DNA of 64,000 bases from Eledone cirrhosa. Its lineage: Eukaryota. A model generated the notes under the pieces. It made no database searches, was not told the origin of the DNA, and saw only the letters and a list, made by a program, of their open reading frames with translations. Made by a program: the position numbers and the translations under genes. Numbering within the stretch: position 1 is the first letter of the stretch; every line of letters starts with the position of its first letter. This document shows, in pieces, positions 43,681 to 57,351 of the stretch. The DNA lies in the NCBI GenBank assembly GCA_964016885.1, contig OZ024741.1, positions 236,964,001 through 237,028,000 on the forward strand, read 5' to 3'.

Positions 43681-46214
43681 AGAATTAAATACATACATAT
43701 TAATAAACCAGAGCATCATTATGTTTGTACATATAAATCTATGTATTGTTTCACATGTGCTACAGGCTCAGGTATGACAAGGAATTTGCAACTACATGGT
43801 TTCAGGTTTCATTGCATGGCACCTTGGGCATGTATCTTATAACCTCCAGTTGACCATTACCTCGGAAGTGAAATTCAGTAGACAGAAGACTGTCCTATAT
43901 GCATATTTAGCTTGCTATCATGGAAAACAGACATTTAATGATGATGGTGATATATGTGTGTGCATGTCTGCATTTACGTTGACACTGCTCAACAATAAGT
44001 GTTGTTTGTTTTGTTCCCAAAGCTAGTAGTTCAACAAGTAAGCATTGATAAAATGCTTACCACATTTGAAAAATAAGTACTACAGTCAATATGATCAGCT
44101 AAACCTTTCAATGTGGTGCTCAAGAATGGCTGCAGTTCAATGACTAAAACTAGTAAAACAGTCAAAGAATATGCATTTGTAGATCTTGCTGAAACAAAAT
44201 AGTGTCCTGACTGAAGAAAAATATATGCATTTTGATCTATGTTTCACTTGATTTTCAGTTGATTCTATTTAAAGTTATATGTTTTATACATTATCCCTCT
44301 AGCGCAGTGGTTCCCAAAGATATTTCTTTTACTTACAGCATGCTTTAGAACAAATAAAAATATTCTAGTGAACTTTGTACATAAATTCGAAAATCTATTC
44401 AAAAGAGGTATTTATACATATTAGAATAGCATAGTGTAGAAATATAGATAATTACAAATACAGAAACATTATAAGCACTTCTTCCTTCTTTAGTTAATAA
44501 ATAGAGCAAAGTTATCAATGAAAGTCATGCACTTGGTGTTTTGGGGGCCATGTTTTTGTTTTCATTCTTAATTTAGTTGTTTTCCACTCTGACAGTTATT
44601 TATGAATTTTAATCTGTATTTTTCAGTTTGAAATAGAAACTTGCTCTTTCCCAGTGCACTGTTTGTGAACTAGCCCTAAATTGTTCCATTGGGCCCACTT
44701 TGAATACTTTGCACAGAATTATTACTACAAGCATTTTAAAGCCAATTTCTTTGTTAAAACAGTATGAAGCTTATCATGGGGTGCTTTTTGAAACAATGTT
44801 TTATGGTTAGATTTCCTTCCTGGTAGCAACCCTTTTAGTTTCCTCTGATGATATTCAGGGATATGGTGTACCCATTTTAAACCAAACACATACAGCAGAA
44901 AGACATTCTCATTATATTTAAAGATATAGCTAGAATTAGGTAATGAATTGGCAAAAACATTACAGTATTGGAGGAAATGGTTTGCATTCAGAATTAAAAT
45001 CCTGCTGAGATAAACGTTTCCTCTCCTCCTTCATGGGTCCCTACAGTATCAGACTAGTGTGGTGAACTCACAGGTTTTTTAGGGTGATTAAAGTGTGATT
45101 GTTTCAGCACATTGTGTTCTGAGTTCAATTTCAGCTGTAACCTAGTTATATATATGTATATGTGTGTGTATGTATGAGTGTATGTGTGTATATTTATGTG
45201 TGTGTGTGTATCATCATCACTGTTTTCTATGCTTGCATGGGTTAGACTGGTTGTGATGTTCTGAAGCCAGACATGTCAGATGATTACGTCTTGTTCATAT
45301 GTTCCATTTTTGAAATGTTTTCTACAACTGGATGCTCTTCCTAACATCAAAGACATCACAGCATGTACCAGGTGTGTTTCAGTGTGGCACGGCCACTATC
45401 ACCTAAGAAAGTGGACAAAGTGCTTTTATCATGGCATCAGCACTTTACAGTGTGGATGGAGCACATTTCATTGTAGTACCAGCACTACCATTTTTTACAT
45501 TAGAGCAGTTGTTGTTTACTTAGCCATGTATATATGTGTTGTGTGTGTATGTACAAAATAGAGACCATACATATATATATCATCATCATCATCATGATAC
45601 ATCATTTTTTCCATGTTGGCGTGAGTTAAACAAGTTGTTACAGACTAAGTTAGTACTTAATTAGAACTATTGTTTTCCCAGATGTACATTATACTTATGT
45701 TCTGGTTTTGGATATCGTTTCTATAACTGGATGCCCTTTCCATCACTTCCCACTTTAAAGATTGTATTGGGTGCATTTTATTGTAACTGAAGCACTAGGG
45801 TGGCTTTTATGTCTTTGACGCAACTAAAAAAATCCACTCAATCCTTTGTATGGCAAGTTTTCAATGATTGATTGTCCTTCCTATCACCAACCACTTTACT
45901 GTGTGTACTGGGTGCATTTTATCATGGCACCAACACTAGAGAGGTTGTCATTTTGTGACTGAATTCAATTTATCATGGCACCAACACTAGGGAGGTTGTC
46001 AGTTATAGACACAACTCTAGGGGCCTCGTTACCCTATAGATATAGATATATGCATATATATAAACAGATACATATATGCATGCACATCATCATCATCATC
46101 ATCATTTTATGTCCGCTTTTCCCTGCAATATCTGTTTCAACACAGGATTTCACATCAACAATATTGAAAGCAAATACAAAAACAAAGTATATATGTGTGT
46201 GTGTGTATGTGTAT

Positions 46215-46440
46215 ATGCAAAAAAGAAACAGAAATAGCAAAGCAAACGATACAGTACAAGGAAGAAATATATTAGTTTAATGCTTGATATAGTAGGAAAA
46301 TTGTCTTAACATTTTAGATACTAGTCCTTCATCAGAAAAATAGAATGAGAAATAAAAGATGAAATAGAAAGATAGAGAGTGACAAAAGGAAGGAAAGGAA
46401 AATTTTTTTTGTGTATTCAGTCAGCCATTTTGGAAAAAAG
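46215..46440 (-). mobile_element. Family H1 hammerhead element, copy 2
   Basis: Minus strand: ccaaaatggctgactga...CTGATGAaggactagtatctaaaatgttaagac...cattaaactaatatatttcttc. Confidence 0.7.
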
Positions 46441-46447
46441 GTTGTGC

Positions 46448-47645
46448 CATCATCATCATTATCGTTGTTTTTACATCCATTCTTCCACACTTGTTTGGAT
46501 TGGATGTGTCCTTCTAGCATAGCATCTCTCCACTTGCCGTGTTTCAATGTCATCTCCTCTGTGAATCTCAGCAATTTGAGATCAGTTCTCACCACCTCAG
46601 CCCAGGCCTTTCTTGGTCTACCTCTACTGTGGCTTCCTTCCACTGGCATTTCCTGGCACTTCTTCACTTATTAATCATCATCCATGCGCATCACATGTCT
46701 GTACCAATGCACTCTTCTCTCCTGCACAAACCCAGTTTCTCCCTCTGTTCATCAAAGCTCTACCTTTCTCTCACATTTACATTGCACATTCAATGAAGCA
46801 TGGTTGCTTCATTTCTCTCCATTCTACATATGTTCTCTGCAATCACTGCCCATGTTTCACTATCATGCACCATCACATTTCACACACAGGTGTCTTACAG
46901 TTGTCCTTTTGTACGTAGGGTGAAACCTTTTGTTGTCAACAGTGGGAGTAGCTCTCTAAACTTCCATCCTATCATTATTCTAGCTATTATGCTCTCAGAC
47001 CACACTCCTCTGCTGCTAATTAAGTCACCCAGATAGCAGAAGCTACCAACCACTTCTCTGGAACCTTCGTGCGACATGAAGAGGTTTATATCACTGATGT
47101 TCTTTTCCTTGATTACATCTTTAACATACAAAGTCTTCCTTTCCTGTTAGTCCACTTGTTATCCCACTACATCTCTTGTGTACCCAGATTTACATTGTGT
47201 ATACCGTATGGAGTTTATGCCTACTTCTTCTCTACATATTGAGTAGAGCCCCTTCCCTGAAGGGATCAGGGTCCTATCTTCATTCCTACTCACTAACACT
47301 AGTTTTGACTAAGTTTACTCTCAAACCATTTGATTCCAAATTCCCTTTCCATAGTCAGAACTTATTTTCTAGTTCTTTTATGGATATGGCTATAAGGACC
47401 AAATCATCTGCATAAAGAAGTTCCCATGGACAGCCAGTTTTAAACTCCTCTGTTATGGCCTGGAGAACTATGATGAACAGCAGTGAGCTAAGAACAGAAC
47501 CTTGATGAATTCCTACCTGCACCTTGAATTCCTCACTGAACTCACTTTCTACTCTCACCTTACTGACAGCTCGCAGCCATTCTTCTACACCTCATTTCTT
47601 TAAGAACCACCAGATAATGGATCGAGGTACTCCATCAGAGGCATT
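46448..47645 (-). mobile_element. Older RTE LINE RT/3' fragment
   Basis: GIHQGSVLSSLLF...LLYADDLVL; EVVGSFCYLGD; KKCQEMPVEG..RGRPRK.W. Confidence 0.88.
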
Positions 47646-48169
47646 TTCTGTGTGTTCCTCCCTCCTTATTTATACATACCTAGTGCCATGATGAAGTTCA
47701 CCCAGAACATTCTGTAAAGTGGAGGAATTCATGTAAGCAAGATGCATGCCCCACCCCATCTGTGAGTACAGTTGATCCAATTGAGTGCTAGCTTGATCTG
47801 TGATGACTCATCCAACTTATATTAGCTTCGAAAATGGATGTTAAATGATGATAATAATATATATATATATATATGATATGAGGAGGAGATGACAAAGGAC
47901 CGTGACAAGTGGAGAGATGCTGTGCTGCATAGGACTCGTCCAACCCTTGCAAGCAAGGAAAAGCGGACGTAAAATGATGATCATGATTTATTTTATATAT
48001 ATATATATATATATATAAAGATTCCAAGCTGAGGATCCGCTAAGGTATGGTGAACTAACTGTTGTGTAACCACTTCTACCTAACTCGTCCCATGGACTGA
48101 GTGCTCTACCACTACGGATATTACCTTCCAGTGTTCCACCACTATATATATATATTTATATATATATTA

Positions 48170-50815
48170 TCATCATCATTTTATGTCCGCTTTTCCCTGC
48201 TTGCAAGGGTGGGACGGGTTTTATTCAGCACAGTATCTCTCCACTTGTCACGGTCCTTCATCTCCACAGTGAGCTTCAGCGATCTGAGGTCTGTTCTCAC
48301 AACCTCCGCCCATGTTTTTCGTGGTCTACCTCTACCACGTCTTCCTTCAACTGGCATTTCCTGGCACTTCTTCACCCATCGGTCATCCTCCATGCACATC
48401 ACATGTCCATACCACCTCGGTCTCCACTCTCGCACACTACATTCTATCCCTCTGAGACACAGTTTCTCTCTCAACACATTCATGCTGGGTCGTTCACGCA
48501 CATTGACATTGCACATCCAACGGAGCATGCTTGCCTCATTTCTCTCCAGCCGTCGCATATCCTCTGCAGTTGCTGCCCATGTCTCACTACCATGCAGCAT
48601 CGCTCTCCTCACACAGACATCATATAACCGGCCTTTGGTACGCATGGGAGAAACCCTTCTTCATCAGCAGAGGAAGCAGCTCCCTAAACTTCTTCCAACT
48701 CGTCCTTATTCTAGATACTATGGCCTCGGAACACCCCCCTCCCATGCTAATCTGATCTCCTAGGTACCAGAAGCTATCCACCACTTCTCTAGCACCTGCC
48801 TGCATTTGAAAAATGTGTCTATCAATGCGACTTCTACTGTCTAATTTCCATGTACCTCTACTGCATACATATTTCTCCCTACCTGTTAGTTTGCCTGCTA
48901 TCCCACTACATCTCTTGTGTACCCAGGATCTGCATTGTGTGCATTTTATAGAATTTATGCCAGTTCCTTTTCTGCATATCGAACATGGCTATTTCCCTGA
49001 CGGAATCAGAGTTTTGTCCTCTTTTCTACTCATCAACACTTTTGTCTTAGCTAGGTTCACTCTCAGTCCTCTTGCTTCCAACTGCTATTTCCATAATTTA
49101 TTCTCTAGCTCCTCTACTGATTCTGCTATAAGAACCAGATTGTCAGCATAGAGAAGTTCCCATGGACAGCCAGTCTTAAACTCCTCTGTTATGGCTTGGA
49201 GGACTATAATGAACAAGAGCAGGCTGAGGACCGAACCTTGATGTACTCCTACTTGTATCTGGAATTCCTCACTAAACTCCATTCCTACTCTGACTTTACT
49301 GACAGCACCTCTGTACAAAGTTTGCACTGTCCTCGCAAGCCATTCCTCAACACCTAGTTTCCTTAGGGACCACCAGATGACAGATCGGCCTTCTCTAGGC
49401 CTTCTCTAGGTCAACAAAGGCTAAGTATAGTAGCTTATTCTTCTCTAAGAACCTATCTTGTAATTGTCTCACCAAGAAGAGGGCATCTGTTGTACTCTTC
49501 CCAGGCACAAAACCAAACTGCATCTCATCTAGTTTTACCCTTTCTCTAATTAGTTGTAATATCCTTTCTGCTACTTTCATAACCTGATCCATCAGTTTTA
49601 TACCCCTATAATTGCTCCTCTCCAGAGCATCCCCTTTACCTTTGTAGCAATTTATGAGAATACTGCTGCACCAGTCTTTGGGTATGACACCACCATATAT
49701 AGCCTGATTGATGATGCGTGCAGCCAGTTTAGTGCCTACGTCCCCTGATGTCTTCAGCATCTCAGCAACTATCCCCGACAGTCCAGCAGCCTTATCATTT
49801 TTCATTTCCTTAATCGCCTCTTGGGCCCTATATTTGTCAATCTCAATAGCTGGTCCCTCTGTCGGATCTACTGAAGGTAATTTCTCTCCCATTCGTTCTC
49901 CACATTCATCAGTCTCTCATCATGACATTTCCAGGCCTCCTTTTTCTGATCATTCATGACACTAAGTACACCGGCATCATTCCGAACACATTTATCTCCA
50001 ATAACATCCTGATTTGCATTGACACACTGCCTTGCAATGTGGAACACTGCATGCCTCTGATCTTCCCATCGCAGAACATTGGCAAACCTCCTACTCTCAG
50101 CCTCCCTGCATGCTAAATACACCTGACGTCTAGCTTCTCTAATTAGCGGCTGCATATCCTTCTCTACTCCCACCCTTTTTCAAAGCCTTCCATGCTAGTC
50201 TTTTGTCTCTAATGGCCTTATCTACTGTGCTGTTCCACCACCAGGTCACTCTCTGTCTGGTTGGAGCTCTGCTCCAGCCACAAGTTTCATCAGTAGCCTG
50301 CAGTAAGTTGTCATATAAGAAATTCCAGTTATTATCTATGTCATACGTCTCTAAATCGTCTTCTTTTTCGTCATATACATCTTGAAGGGCTTTCCTAAAT
50401 TTGTATTTTAGTGAAAGGTCTTTTAGCTTCCAGACCTTTCTTCTCCACACCTTCCTGTATGTCTCATTCCATCTCTTGCTTACTGAGATGTCACTAACAA
50501 CTAACCTATGCTGTGGGGTACATTCTTCCCCAGGGTATGCCTTGGTATTTGACACCATCTGCCTGTCTCGCTGCCTAACAAGTAAGAAGTCAATCTGGCT
50601 TATGTACTCGCCAGATTTGTATGTTATTAGGTGGTTGGCAGGTTTCTGGAAATTAGTGTTGCAAATAGTCAGTGTACTTGCATCACAAAATTCAAGAAGT
50701 CTCACTCCTTCTTCATTTCTTGAGCCATAACCATGCCCACCATGTAACCCAGTGTAACCATCCTGGAGCTGTCCAACATGACCATTGAAGTCCCCTGCTA
50801 GCATAACAATGTCAT
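48170..50815 (-). mobile_element. Longest RTE LINE (subfamily B): C-terminal half of APE + RT + 3' tail, frameshifted
   Basis: MLAGDFNGHVG...GYGSRNEEGVRLLEFC...SQIDFLL...QHRLVV (APE); TWWWN; RT motifs through YADN; RWYGHVM; (GAT)n tail. Confidence 0.95.
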
Positions 50816-51044
50816 ATTATATATGTTATATTATATATGTCATATTATATATGTCATATTATATATGTCATATTATATATATATTATATATATTATATAT
50901 ATATATATATTATATATATATTATATATAATATATCAAGCTCATTTGCATACTCATCTTAATAATTTGAAATATTTGATTTTTCTTCTCTTTCCCTTCTT
51001 TCCTTTACAATCCAGGAATAACTTGAACCATTAAGATCTTATTC

Positions 51045-51180
51045 CTGGGTATGTCAATATTTATAAAACAAACTTTGTATTTTATCTGATGAGAGTGTAC
51101 CAAAGTTTTGGTACTCTTGAAATATATATAATAGAATAAATATGGTTTTATAAATATAGTTTCCATTTATTTAATATCAT
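51045..51180 (+). ncRNA. Hammerhead-bearing pLTR-like repeat (family H2), copy 1
   Basis: TATTTTAT-CTGATGA-gagtGTACCAA(agtt)TTGGTACtctt-GAAA-TATATA-TA-ATAGAATA, followed by an A-rich polyA-signal-like tail shared with 63106-63250. Confidence 0.75.
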
Positions 51181-51210
51181 TGTATATATATATATTATAT
51201 ATATATATCT

Positions 51211-51242
<32 letters not shown>

Positions 51243-51412
51243 ATCTTATGTATATATATATTATATATAGTGAAAAATGGAACGGGAACAAAACAGAGAG
51301 GCAGTACAAACAAAGGTTTATTAGTTTCACGCTCTTTAGGGTAGGAGGTGGGGGTATATATATTATATATATATATTATATATATATATATATATTATAT
51401 ATATATATATAT

Positions 51413-51444
<32 letters not shown>

Positions 51445-51586
51445 TATATATATATATATATATATTATATATATTATATATATATTATATATATTATATA
51501 TATATATATTATATATATTATATATATATATATTATATATATATATATTATATATATTATATATATATATTATATATATTATATAT

Positions 51587-51620
<34 letters not shown>

Positions 51621-51628
51621 ATATTATA

Positions 51629-51659
<31 letters not shown>

Positions 51660-51660
<1 letters not shown>

Positions 51661-53247
51661 CATCATCATCATCATCATCATCGTTTAACGTCCATGTTCC
51701 ACGCTTGCATGGGTTTGGACGGGAGTTTTCCCACTTGAGGCAAGAGTGGTTGTCTTGCTCGCATAGGACTGTCTGGCGGGTTTTCTACAGCTGGATGCCC
51801 TTCCTAACACCAACCACATTTACAGTGTGGGGCTGGGAGGTTTTTACCGTGTTGCCTACACGGCCACATTACAGCGTGGACTGTGTATTTTTTTTGTCGT
51901 GACATCTACACGATCTCATTTGTTTCGGCCTGGATGTTGTGGCACCAACATAACTTTACATTGAAAGGGGCGGTGTGGATGGGGTGGGGGTGGTGGGACG
52001 GGGGAGTATTTTGTTAGAGATGCCTACTGACTGTAGTAGGTTTTACTTTGTATTTAGGTAAGGCGGGTTTTCTCTATTACTGAGTACCGCCAAAGGTCTC
52101 GGACCAGTGACATTGTCTTGGAGAGGTGTAAGTGTGTGAGGTCGGAATTTATCAGCTCGTCCCAGGTTTATCTGGGTCTGCCTACTCCGTGGCTACCGTC
52201 TATCTTTATTGCCCTGCACTTTGTTATACAGCTGTCGTCTTTCATGCGCATCACGTGACCATACCAACGTAGCCTTCTCTCGAGTAAACAACATCTGATC
52301 CCTCTTATTTCTAATTTTTTCCTTAGTTCGTTTATGCTTTGCCGTTCACGTATATTACTATTACACATCCAGTGGAGCATGCAAGCTTCGTTCCTCTCTA
52401 GTCTGCGTATATCCTCTGCACACAATGCCCAGGTCTCACTGCTGTTCGTATGCAGGCATCATACAACCTGCCTTTCATTTTTAGGGAGAACCCTTTAGCT
52501 GCTAATAGTGGTATAAGCTCTCTGAACTTTTTCCATCCCGTTCTGACTCTAGCTACTGTACTTTCAGAGCACCCTCCCCCACTGCTGATTTTGTCACCCA
52601 GGTAACGGAAGCTGTCCACTATTTCTATAGAACCTTCTGCGCAATTGAAAGAGGCACTTGCTGCTACTTATTGCACCAGAGCACCGGCCACATGTAAAAT
52701 CTATGTTCTTAGTTAGCTTACCTGTGAACCCACTACATCTTTTATGCACCCATACTTTGCATTTGGGACATAAAATGGAGTTTCTACCTATGCCTTTCCT
52801 ACACACTGAGCATGGCCACTTCCCGGAAGGGACCGCCGCCTTATTTTCTTTCCTACAAACTAGAACTTTAGTCTTAGCCAGGTTAATTTTAAGGCCTTTT
52901 GATTCTAGGCCGTGATTCCATGTTTGGAATTTCTTCTCTAGCTCGGCCATTGATTCAGCTATGAGCGTTAGATCATCTGCGTATAGGAGTTCCCATGGGC
53001 AGCTGGTCTTGAACTCCTCTGTTATAGCCTGAAGGGCAATAATAAATAGTAGGGGGCTAAGAACAGAGCCCTGATGGACACCAACTTTTACGCTAAACTC
53101 TTCACTATATTCGTTGTTAATTCTAACCTTGCTGACTGTTTCTTTATACATCGCTTGTATAGCTCTCACGAACCATTCGTCAACACCTAGTTTTCCACCA
53201 GATAATATAATATATATATGTATATATATTCTAAGAGCCCACCAGAT
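51660..53247 (-). mobile_element. RTE LINE (subfamily A), 5'-truncated
   Basis: KLGVDEWFVRAIQAMY...GVHQGSVLSPLLF...LYADD...KTK...PHD-like insert...YLG..., then 3' UTR. Confidence 0.93.
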
Positions 53248-53279
53248 AATATAATATATATATATATTATATATATATA

Positions 53280-53612
53280 TCATCATTTTTTTCATCATTT
53301 CATTTTACGTCAGCTTTTTCCCTGCTTGCAAGGGTGGGACGGGAACTGATTTTGGCTTGATTTCTACAGCTGGATGCCCTTCCTAACACCAACCTCATTT
53401 ACAGTGAGTGCTGGGTATTTTTTTACCGTGGCACCTCCATGACCACTTTGCAGTGGAATGATAGGGACCCCATTTCTACAGCTGAGTAAACTGGAGCAAT
53501 GTGAAATAAAGTGTCTTGCTCAAGGAAACAACACATCACCCGGTCTGAGAATTGAACTCACAACCTTTCGATTGCAAGGCCAATGCTCTAACCACTAAGC
53601 CATGTGCCTCCA
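53280..53612 (-). mobile_element. tRNA-headed SINE with RTE tail
   Basis: Close reverse-complement match to 1675-2010. Confidence 0.87.
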
Positions 53613-53615
53613 TGA

Positions 53616-53647
<32 letters not shown>

Positions 53648-53690
53648 ATATATATATATATTATATATATATTATATATATTATATATAA

Positions 53691-53870
53691 CGAAGGAAGT
53701 GTGGTAAGGAACCAAGTGGACCATAACGCACCAGAGTACTCAATACTTAGGGTAGTAGTGTGGGTAATAAGAAAATGTTCAAAACCGCGATGGCAGAGCT
53801 CAAGCCGTTTCGACGGCTATAGTCGTTGAAACGGCTTGAGCTCTGCCATCGCGGTCTTGAACATTTTACT
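53691..53870 (-). repeat. Family H3 repeat with a 96-bp fold-back palindrome (53772-53867)
   Basis: aaaatgttcaa.accgcgatggcagagctcaagccgtttc.acg.cta|tag..., mirrored; body matches 19425-19502. Confidence 0.75.
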
Positions 53871-55667
53871 ATATTATATATATATATATTGATATATCTG
53901 TAGATTATCTCTACAGACAGAAAAAGTGGACTCAGCCAGACTGGTTTAATTCAGCGTTGAGTAAGGACTTTAACTTTCAGTGTGATGCAAGAATGTTTTG
54001 CTAATGTGATTTCATGTGGTACAGGATGTTAAGAGTTAAGACAAACAACTCAGCAAAGATCTATATTCGTCAACAGGGAGGCTAATCTGCATGATTGGTA
54101 ATGTTTGCACTTGAAAATATTTGTCACTTGGTATGGAATGTTACATTAGTTGGAAACTTTTTAGGAGATGACAGCTGTGTATAGAAATGCAGAGAAAACT
54201 CAATGGAAAGCATAAGATTAAGTGGTGAAGACCAATCTTTGCCAGCTTATGCCCACAACATAAATGACAAAGGATTGTGATGTTTGATAACATGTGTTAC
54301 TGAAGAAGACCTGGTATAAAAGCAATAATAAACCCCTAATAACCCTTCCATTTCTGGTATACAGTAATATCCTCTCCTTCTCCCCCGACACAACCCCTGT
54401 ATTGCAACCATTTAGCTGATGGAGCATGGTCTCTTCATACCCCAATTCCCTCATTATCACTCTTTAGTAACTATCCCCATCATCACTATGCCCCTTCCTA
54501 CATTACAGAGCCACAACATTATAACAAATATGACCTCTGCCCCATCTATATCCAACACCTCATTCATCAATTTTTTAACTATTCTCATCATTATCCTACC
54601 CCTTTCTACCTTACACCATTCTGTTAAATCCCCCACACATTTTTCATACATGCATGACATCATATTTATCAACTTATTTTACCCCTACCCCACTTATTCT
54701 TATTATAAACAAGGTATTCTCCTATCCCACCTTCCCCCTATAGGATAGAGAAGGTTGGGCAAATTTGCAATGATGACCAACAACCTTTCTAGTGCTGATG
54801 CCACGATAAACTTCACCCACTACACTCTGTAAAGTGGTTTGCATTTGGAAGGGCATCAAGCTGTAGAAAACATGTAGAGTGTGGGAATGTATGTATACAA
54901 GATGCAAGTCCCAGCCCATTTGAAAGGTCAATAGCTCCAATTAAGACTTGGTCTGTAACGATCTAACACTTGCTAGCAAGGAAAATGGATGTTAAACATG
55001 TAAGTGGCTGAGTGAACAAGAAGAATGGGAAATAAAGTGTCTTGCTCAAGGACACTATGTGACACTGAGAATAAAACTCACACTCTTATAATTGTGAGTC
55101 AAACACCTAACCATTAAGCCATATGCCTTCATATACACACGTGTGTGTATATCGTCATCATCATCATCATAATTTTGAGTCTATTTTTCCATGCTTGGAT
55201 GGATTGGACAGTTACTTTCCAGCATAACCCCCCCACCCACCCACCCACCACCCACACACACACACTTATTGTACTCTTTCATCATCTCCTTTGTAAGGTT
55301 CAGCATTTTGAAATCAATTCTAATCACTTATGGCCAAGTTTTTTTTCATCTTCCTCTTCAGCAGCTTTCTTCTACTGACATCTTCTTTTACTTCTCCACC
55401 CAGTATTCATCATCCATACTAACAGTGGTAGACTGGGTCTAAAATATTGGTTGCCAGGAGATGAAGGGGGCCCACCTACATATAGAATGCTATCATTTAA
55501 TTTTTATCATGAATAAATAACATTTTTAAAAAATACGTAAGTGGAAACAAAACAGTGCAATCAAATTTTTGCAGAAAAATATCTTACCTTCTCCAATAAA
55601 AAATGTTCTGTATTTTGAGAAATCCAGAGACTTTCAATAATGACTTTTGGTCTTTCACACTCACTCA

Positions 55668-55700
<33 letters not shown>

Positions 55701-55728
55701 TTGATATATTGATATATATATATATATA

Positions 55729-57318
55729 GGGCTCTTAGAAAACTAGGTGTAGATGAATGGCTTGTGAGAGCTATACAAGCTATGTATAATGAAACAGTCA
55801 GTAAGGTTAGAATTAACAATGAATATTGTGAAGAATTTAGTGTAAAAGTTGACGTTCATCAAGGCTCAGTCCTTAGCCCCCTCCTATTTATTATTGCCCT
55901 TCAGGCTATAACAGAGGAGTTCATGCTTGGCTGCCTATACACAGATGATCTAACGCTCATAGCTGAATCAATGGCTGAACTAGAGAAAAAAATTCCAAAC
56001 ATGGAAACATGGCCTAGAATCAAAAGGCCTTAAAGTTAACTTGTCTAAGACTAAAGTTCTAGTTTGTAGAAAGGAAAATAGGGCACAGGTGCCCTCAGGG
56101 AAATGGCCATGCTCAGTGTGTAGGAAAGGAGTAGGCAGAAATTTCATTTTATGTCTCAAATGCAAAGTATGGGTACATAAAAGATGTAGTGGGATCACCG
56201 GTAAACTATCTAAGAACGTAGATTTTATATGTGGCCAATGCTCAGGTGCAATAAGTAGCAAGTGTCCACAGGATACTAGCTCCTTCTATTGCCCAGATGG
56301 TTCTATAGAAATAGTAGACACTTTCCGTTACCTGGGTGACGAAATCAGCAGTGGTGGAGGGTGTTCTGAAAGTACAGTAACCAGAGTCAGAACGGGATGG
56401 AAAAAGTTCAGAGAGCTTATACCGCTGTTGGCCACAAAAGGTTTCCCTCTAAAAATGAAAGGCAGATTGTATGATGCCTGTATACGAACAGCAATGCTGC
56501 ATGGCAGTGAGACATGTGCATTACGTGCAGAGGACCTGCGCAGACTGGAAAGGAACGAAGCTTGCATGCTCCGTTGGATGTGTAATAGTAATATACGTGA
56601 ACGGCAAAGCATAAATGAACTAAGTGAGAAATTAGGAATAAGAGGGATCAGATGCTGTTTACTTGAGAGAAGACTACTTTGGAATGGTCACGTGATGCGC
56701 ATGAAAGACAACAGCTGCATAAAAAAGTGCAGCGCGATCAAAATTGATGGTAGTTACGGAGTAGGTAGACCCAGAAAAACCTGGGACGATCTGATAAATT
56801 CCAACCTTACACACTTGCACTTCTCTAAGACAATGTCACTGGACTGAGATCTTTGGCGCTACGCAGTAATACAGAAGACCCGCCTTGCCTATGTACAAAG
56901 CGAAACCTACAGTTAGTAGGTACCTCCTAACCAAATATATACCCCAATCCACTACCCCTACCCTATCCTCCCACTCCCACCAACACCACCCTCTCTCTGT
57001 AAATTTGGTACCACAGCATCCAATCCAAATAAATGAGATAATGAGATCGAGATCGTGTAGGTGTCACGACAAAAAGAAAAAAAAGAAAAAACTCACAGTC
57101 CACGCTGTAATGTGGTCGTGTAGGTAACACGGTAAAAAGTTCCCAGTTCCACACTGTAAATGGGGTTGGTGTTAGAAAGGGCATCCAGCCGTAGAAAGCC
57201 TGCCAGATAGTCCTATACGAGCGAGACACGGTCAGCCGACCAACCTTGCCTCAAGTGGCACAACTCCCGTCTAACCCATGTTAGCATGGAAGATGGCGTT
57301 AAACGATGATGATGATGA
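55729..57318 (+). mobile_element. RTE LINE (subfamily A), 5'-truncated
   Basis: ORFs 55764-56033 and 56041-56847 (RT, PHD-like insert, C-terminus) plus 3' UTR and (GAT)n. Confidence 0.93.
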
Positions 57319-57320
57319 TA

Positions 57321-57351
<31 letters not shown>

